From the NCBI GenBank assembly GCA_001577055.1, contig LSCG01000004.1:1-43827 (forward strand): a stretch of 43,827 nucleotides of DNA, read 5' to 3'. The notes beneath the pieces are model-generated. The model worked only from the letters and a program-made list of their open reading frames with translations. It was not told where the DNA came from and searched no databases. The DNA comes from Fidelibacterota bacterium TCS56. GTDB taxonomy: Bacteria; Fidelibacterota; Marinisomatia; Marinisomatales; TCS56. Positions within the stretch are counted from its first letter, which is position 1; every line of letters begins with the position of its first letter. The translations under genes and the position numbers were made by a program. Positions 39,399 through 43,827 of this stretch are shown in pieces.

Positions 39399-41567
39399 AT
39401 GATAAAACATGAAATGGAAATCGGCGGTCGTACACTGTCGATACAAACTGGCCATGTGGCCAAGCAGTCCTCTGGTTCGGTCTTGATCACCTATGGCGAG
39501 ACTACAATTTTAGCGGCAGTAAATGCTGCGAAAACATTACGTGAGGATATTGATTTTTTCCCTTTACAGGTTGAATACCGTGAACGTTTCTATGCCGGCG
39601 GTAAAATCCCCGGAGGATTCTTCAAACGTGAAGGACGTCCCAGCGAAAAGGAAATTCTGACCTGCCGTTTAACCGATCGACCAATCCGGCCCCTCTTTCC
39701 CAAAGAGTTCAGGTATGAAACTCAGGTGATTATCACCGCCCTGTCAAGTGATGGAGAAAATGCTCCCGATATCCTGGCAGGAGTCGGCGCTTCGGCAGCC
39801 CTGATGATTTCGGATATCCCCTGGGATGGACCCATTTCCACGGTCAAAGTCGGACGGATAAATGGCGAATTCATCATTAATCCCACCCTGGATCAAATGG
39901 ATATCAGTGATTTGGAAATCACCGTTTCCGGGACCAAAGAGTCGGTTGTCATGGTTGAAGGTGAATCTGATGAAATCTCAGAAGAAACTTTAATAGACGC
40001 GCTGGAATTTGGTCATAAATACATCGTGCAGTTGAATGAATTGCAGATGAAGCTGGTTGCTGATTGTGAGATCACCAAACGTGAAATCCCCGTTGCCGAG
40101 GTAAATGATGAATTGACCGCCGCCGTGGATAAACTGGTGGGGAACCAGGTTAAGGATATTGTTGCCATTGAAGATAAAATGGCCCATTATGAAGCGCTGG
40201 ACAACCTGATCGCCGAGACCCAGGAAAAGCTGGAGGAAGAATACCCGGAAAACGAAGGGGTAATCGCCGAGCAGATTCATGACCAGCATAAAGAGATTAT
40301 GCGTGATCGTATCTTGTCGCGCGGGGTCCGAATTGATGGACGTGATACTAAAACTGTCCGTCCGATTACCATCGAACCCGGATTTCTGCCGCGCCTGCAC
40401 GGTTCAACCCTGTTTACCCGGGGTGAAACCCAGGCCCTGGTGACGATCACCCTTGGTACCAAGCGCGATGAACAGATCATCGATGATATCGACCGTGACA
40501 CGACTAAGCGCTATATGCTGCACTATAATTTCCCACCTTATTGTGTTGGGGAAGTCCGGCGATATTTTGGCACCAGTCGCCGGGAAGTCGGTCATGGAAA
40601 TCTGGCGGAACGAGCATTGAAACCCTTTATCCCCAGTGCCGAAGATTTTCCCTACACCGTTCGGATTGTGTCTGATATAATGGAATCCAACGGATCATCC
40701 TCAATGGCTTCAATCTGTGGCGGTTCGCTGGCCCTGGCCGATGCCGGAGTCCCGATTAAGCAACATGTGGCCGGAATTGCCATGGGCTTGATTAAGGATG
40801 AAGATAAACACGCCGTTCTCACGGATATACTGGGTACCGAAGACCATCTTGGTGATATGGATTTCAAAGTGGCCGGGACCCGCGACGGTATTACGGCCAT
40901 TCAGCTTGATCTCAAAATAGCCGGTATCAGTTTTGATCTGATGCGGGAAGCGCTGTCCCAGGCACGGGAAGGACGCCTGTTCATCCTGGATAAGATGTAT
41001 CAGGCCTTGCCAGAGGCGCGGACCGAGTTATCACCTTATGCTCCCAAGATTCTGACACTGCAAATCAGTCCGGAGAAAATCGGAGCATTGATCGGTCCAC
41101 AGGGTAAAAATATTAAGAAGATCATTGCTGATACTGAGTGTGGCATTGATGTTGACGACGACGGCACGGTAGTCGTTTCCGGTATAGATATCGAGAAATG
41201 CCGTGACGCTGTCGATTGGATCAAAGCAATTGCCTTCGAACCGGAAGTGGGTCAGGAGTTTGACGGGGTGGTCACCCGCTTGATGACCTTTGGCGCTTTT
41301 GTAGAATTCGCTCCCGGTCGGGAAGGTCTGGTTCATATCTCTGAACTTGACTGGAAACGTGTTGAAAAAGTAGCGGATGTCCTCAATCCCGGTGATAACG
41401 TCAGAGTTAAACTGATTAAGGTGGATGACCAGGGCCGCTACGATTTCAGTCGCAAGGCACTCTTGCCAAAACCCGAGGGTTGGGTTGAGCCTCCCAAACG
41501 TCACAGCGACCGTAATCGCCGTGGCGGCAACCGAGGCAACCGGCCCCCACGTAAGAAGCGTTTTTAA
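39399..41567 (+). CDS. pnp: Polyribonucleotide nucleotidyltransferase
   Basis: DFFPLQVEY, GGFFKREGRP, FTRGETQ, SNGSSSMAS, GDMDFKVAG, KH and S1 domains. Confidence 0.99.
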   Translation: MIKHEMEIGGRTLSIQTGHVAKQSSGSVLITYGETTILAAVNAAKTLREDIDFFPLQVEYRERFYAGGKIPGGFFKREGRPSEKEILTCRLTDRPIRPLFPKEFRYETQVIITALSSDGENAPDILAGVGASAALMISDIPWDGPISTVKVGRINGEFIINPTLDQMDISDLEITVSGTKESVVMVEGESDEISEETLIDALEFGHKYIVQLNELQMKLVADCEITKREIPVAEVNDELTAAVDKLVGNQVKDIVAIEDKMAHYEALDNLIAETQEKLEEEYPENEGVIAEQIHDQHKEIMRDRILSRGVRIDGRDTKTVRPITIEPGFLPRLHGSTLFTRGETQALVTITLGTKRDEQIIDDIDRDTTKRYMLHYNFPPYCVGEVRRYFGTSRREVGHGNLAERALKPFIPSAEDFPYTVRIVSDIMESNGSSSMASICGGSLALADAGVPIKQHVAGIAMGLIKDEDKHAVLTDILGTEDHLGDMDFKVAGTRDGITAIQLDLKIAGISFDLMREALSQAREGRLFILDKMYQALPEARTELSPYAPKILTLQISPEKIGALIGPQGKNIKKIIADTECGIDVDDDGTVVVSGIDIEKCRDAVDWIKAIAFEPEVGQEFDGVVTRLMTFGAFVEFAPGREGLVHISELDWKRVEKVADVLNPGDNVRVKLIKVDDQGRYDFSRKALLPKPEGWVEPPKRHSDRNRRGGNRGNRPPRKKRF

Positions 41568-41590
41568 CCTAAAAAGACAGGGGGCACACT

Positions 41591-42709
41591 ATGCGAATTG
41601 GTGTACCAAAAGAAATTAAGAATAACGAATCCAGGGTCGCTCTGACGCCCCACGGCGCACTGGAACTGGTGAATCAGGGACATGAAATACTGGTCCAGAA
41701 GAGCGCCGGGATCGAGAGTGGTTTTACCGATGAAACTTATAGTGATGTAGGCTGCCGTTTGATTGACACGGCCAAGGAAGTCTTCGATAATGTGGAAATG
41801 ATAGTGAAGGTGAAAGAACCACAGCCGGTGGAAATCGAGATGTGCCGGCCGGATTTGACCATGTTTACTTATTTTCATTTTGCCGCCGAAGAAAAATTGA
41901 CCCGTGATTTTCTGGCTACCGGCGCCACGGCCATCGCTTATGAAACCATCATGACCGATGATGGCAAACTGCCGTTGTTAATCCCCATGAGTGAAGTAGC
42001 CGGCCGGATGGCCACCCAGGAAGGAGCCAAATATCTGGAACGACCATTCGGCGGGAAAGGTATCCTGCTGGGCGGCGTTCCAGGTGTGAAACCGGCTACG
42101 GTCACCGTGCTTGGTGGTGGTGTGGTCGGTACCAATGCCGCTAAAATTGCGGCCGGGTTCGGGGCCAAGGTGTATATCCTGGATAATAACCTGGATCGCC
42201 TGCGTTACCTGGACGATGTCATGCCGCGCAATGTCCGCACCTTGTACAGCAATCAATACAATCTGATGGAATTACTGCCGATTACCGATCTGCTGATTGG
42301 CGCCGTCCTGATTGTGGGAGCCAAAGCACCCAAGCTGGTGACCCGCGATATGCTGAAATTAATGAAACCGCGCAGTGCCATCGTTGATGTTTCGGTGGAC
42401 CAGGGTGGTTGTATCGAAACCTGCAAACCCACTACTCACGAGCATCCCACATTTGAGGTGGATGGCGTGATTCATTATTGTGTGGCCAATATGCCCGGTG
42501 CCGTTCCGTTTACATCCACGGTAGCCCTTACCAATGCCACCGCGCCTTACATGCAGAAACTGGCCAATAAAGGCGTTCTGGAAGCATTGAATTCCGACCC
42601 TTCACTGTTGTTAGGTTTGAATACCTATCGAAAGCAGATCACCCATCTGGGTGTGGCGGAAGCTTTCGGCATGGATTATGTCGATCCAGCCACTGCAATT
42701 TCCGGCTGA
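41591..42709 (+). CDS. ald: Alanine dehydrogenase
   Basis: IGVPKEIKNNESRV, KVKEP, PMSEVAGR, GGGVVG, HYCVANMPGAVP.TST. Confidence 0.97.
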   Translation: MRIGVPKEIKNNESRVALTPHGALELVNQGHEILVQKSAGIESGFTDETYSDVGCRLIDTAKEVFDNVEMIVKVKEPQPVEIEMCRPDLTMFTYFHFAAEEKLTRDFLATGATAIAYETIMTDDGKLPLLIPMSEVAGRMATQEGAKYLERPFGGKGILLGGVPGVKPATVTVLGGGVVGTNAAKIAAGFGAKVYILDNNLDRLRYLDDVMPRNVRTLYSNQYNLMELLPITDLLIGAVLIVGAKAPKLVTRDMLKLMKPRSAIVDVSVDQGGCIETCKPTTHEHPTFEVDGVIHYCVANMPGAVPFTSTVALTNATAPYMQKLANKGVLEALNSDPSLLLGLNTYRKQITHLGVAEAFGMDYVDPATAISG

Positions 42710-42805
42710 TTCCGCAACAATATCTTTGACAAAATGGCTTGTATTGATTCCCGATAGGGAGTTAATATCAAGTGTTGCTTTAATTCCGAATTCGGAGAAT
42801 CGATT

Positions 42806-43204
42806 GTGGATCAGGGCATAAAAAAACTGTATTATTCAATCAGTGAGGTCAGCAAAATTACCGGCCTTAAGGCCTATGTACTGCGGTACTGGGAGACTGA
42901 ATTCAAGCAGTTGGCCCCGCCTAAAAATCGTGCCGGCAACCGGACTTATCGACAAAAGGATATTGATTTTATTCTACTGTTAAAGGACCTGTTGCACGAA
43001 CAGAAATTCACAATTGAAGGTGCTAGAATAAAGCTGGCGGAGAAACCGGTCAAAACCGAAGAGGTTTATTCGGAGCCGGTGAGCGCACCGACGGTCGATG
43101 AAAATCTTGATACGTCCGATGATGAAGTCGATTCAAGTCATAAAAAAATCCTGCGCCATATCCGTCAGGAATTGGAAGCCGTTTTAGAAATATTGCAAAG
43201 ATAA
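42806..43204 (+). CDS. MerR-family HTH regulator (type usually adjacent to tRNA-Pro)
   Basis: KLYYSISEVS...YVLRYWETEF..L.P.K...NR.Y...DI...LL....FTIEGA. Confidence 0.92.
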   Translation: MDQGIKKLYYSISEVSKITGLKAYVLRYWETEFKQLAPPKNRAGNRTYRQKDIDFILLLKDLLHEQKFTIEGARIKLAEKPVKTEEVYSEPVSAPTVDENLDTSDDEVDSSHKKILRHIRQELEAVLEILQR

Positions 43205-43206
43205 AT

Positions 43207-43281
43207 CGGGGCATGGCGCAGCCCGGTTAGCGCGCATGACTGGGGGTCATGAGGTCGGGAGTTCAAATCTCCCTGCCCCGA
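43207..43281 (+). tRNA. tRNA-Pro(GGG)
   Basis: Acceptor CGGGGCA/TGCCCCG. Anticodon arm CATGA-CTGGGGG-TCATG. T-arm GGGAG-TTCAAAT-CTCCC. Confidence 0.95.
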
Positions 43282-43827
43282 CAATAAAGCCTGGCCGTTT
43301 GGCCGGGCTTTTTTTTTATTGAGGATAGAGGTCACCTGCACCGCTTACCAGCGGTCTTCGGTGGGCAGGCACGGGGCAAAGAGCTTAGAGCTGAGAGCAA
43401 AGAGCAAAGAGCAAAGAGCAAAGAAGAGCAGGGGGTGTCGGTGGGATGAGAAGTTTACAGTTAATCGGTCGGGAGTTCCCTGCCCGCCAAAGTACGTCGC
43501 AGACGGGCGTCGGCGGGAAATCTCCCTGCCCCGACAATAAAGCCTGGCCGTTTGGCCGGGCTTTTTTTTTATTGAGGATAGAGGTCACCTGCACCGCTTA
43601 CCAGCGGTCTTCGGTGGGCAGGCACGGGGCAAAGAGCTTAGAGCTGAGAGCAAAGAGCAAAGAGCAAAGAGCTTAGAGCGCAGAGGTGCCGGGGAGATGA
43701 GGTGATGAGGAGAAAAAACTTGTTTGTCGGGAGTTCCCTGTCCGCCGTAGCTTTAGCGCAGGCGGGCCTGCCCGCCAAAGTACGTCGCAGACGGGCGTCG
43801 GCGGGAAATCTCCCTGCCCCGACAATA
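43265..43827 (+). repeat. Tandem array of tRNA-Pro 3'-end units with periods of 253 and 288 nt, truncated by the window end
   Basis: AAATCTCCCTGCCCCGACAATA occurs at 43265, 43518 and 43806. 43265-43419 is identical to 43518-43672. Units contain AGAGCNN heptamer tracts and CCTG-headed hairpins. Confidence 0.95.
43286..43317 (+). terminator. Intrinsic terminator after tRNA-Pro, repeated at 43539-43570
   Basis: AAAGCCTGGCC-GTTT-GGCCGGGC followed by T9. Confidence 0.85.

Noticed and set aside
43319-43676. ORFs 43319..43540, 43385..43594 and 43446..43676
   Set aside because: They are translations of the repeat array, terminators and heptamer tracts, with no RBS or protein-like features.
43265-43827. 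CRISPR array or prophage attR
   Set aside because: The repeat is 155 nt and tRNA-derived, and no cas or integrase gene lies in the window. An element beyond the window end cannot be excluded.

Overview
Mostly core-chromosome window of a bacterium, about 48% GC by eye, with nearly all genes on the + strand. Gene content suggests an FCB-superphylum lineage such as Marinimicrobia, but that is inference only. Contents in order: a FecR-domain/beta-barrel protein; a selenoprotein missed by the ORF track (Rdx/SelW family, CxxU with in-frame TGA and a SECIS-like hairpin); hypotheticals; tRNA-Ala(CGC) and a long Alu-type SRP RNA; dnaX-ybaB-recR-pgsA-pgpA-cinA-thpR-recA-recX; a degenerate PurL-like gene; FAH-family protein; pepE; a PAS/GAF kinase with two response regulators; suhB and an alanine/glycine symporter (- strand); comEC; an rnhB-YraN fusion; lepB; hypotheticals; tRNA-Leu; a long-chain acyl-CoA synthetase; gpsA; tRNA-Arg; a TPR protein; rimP-nusA-infB-rbfA-truB-ribF-rpsO-pnp; ald; a MerR-family gene; tRNA-Pro. 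Most unusual signals: (1) tandem copies of the tRNA-Pro 3' half whose T-loops carry 0, 1 and then 2 CCTG-headed hairpin cassettes at the same position; (2) an in-frame 123-nt duplication of the ComEC signature motif with almost only synonymous differences; (3) the hidden selenoprotein; (4) a candidate -1 frameshift in dnaX; (5) two distant paralogs of an unknown small helical family sharing a SxWEKRLE tail; (6) a PurL-like probable pseudoenzyme.
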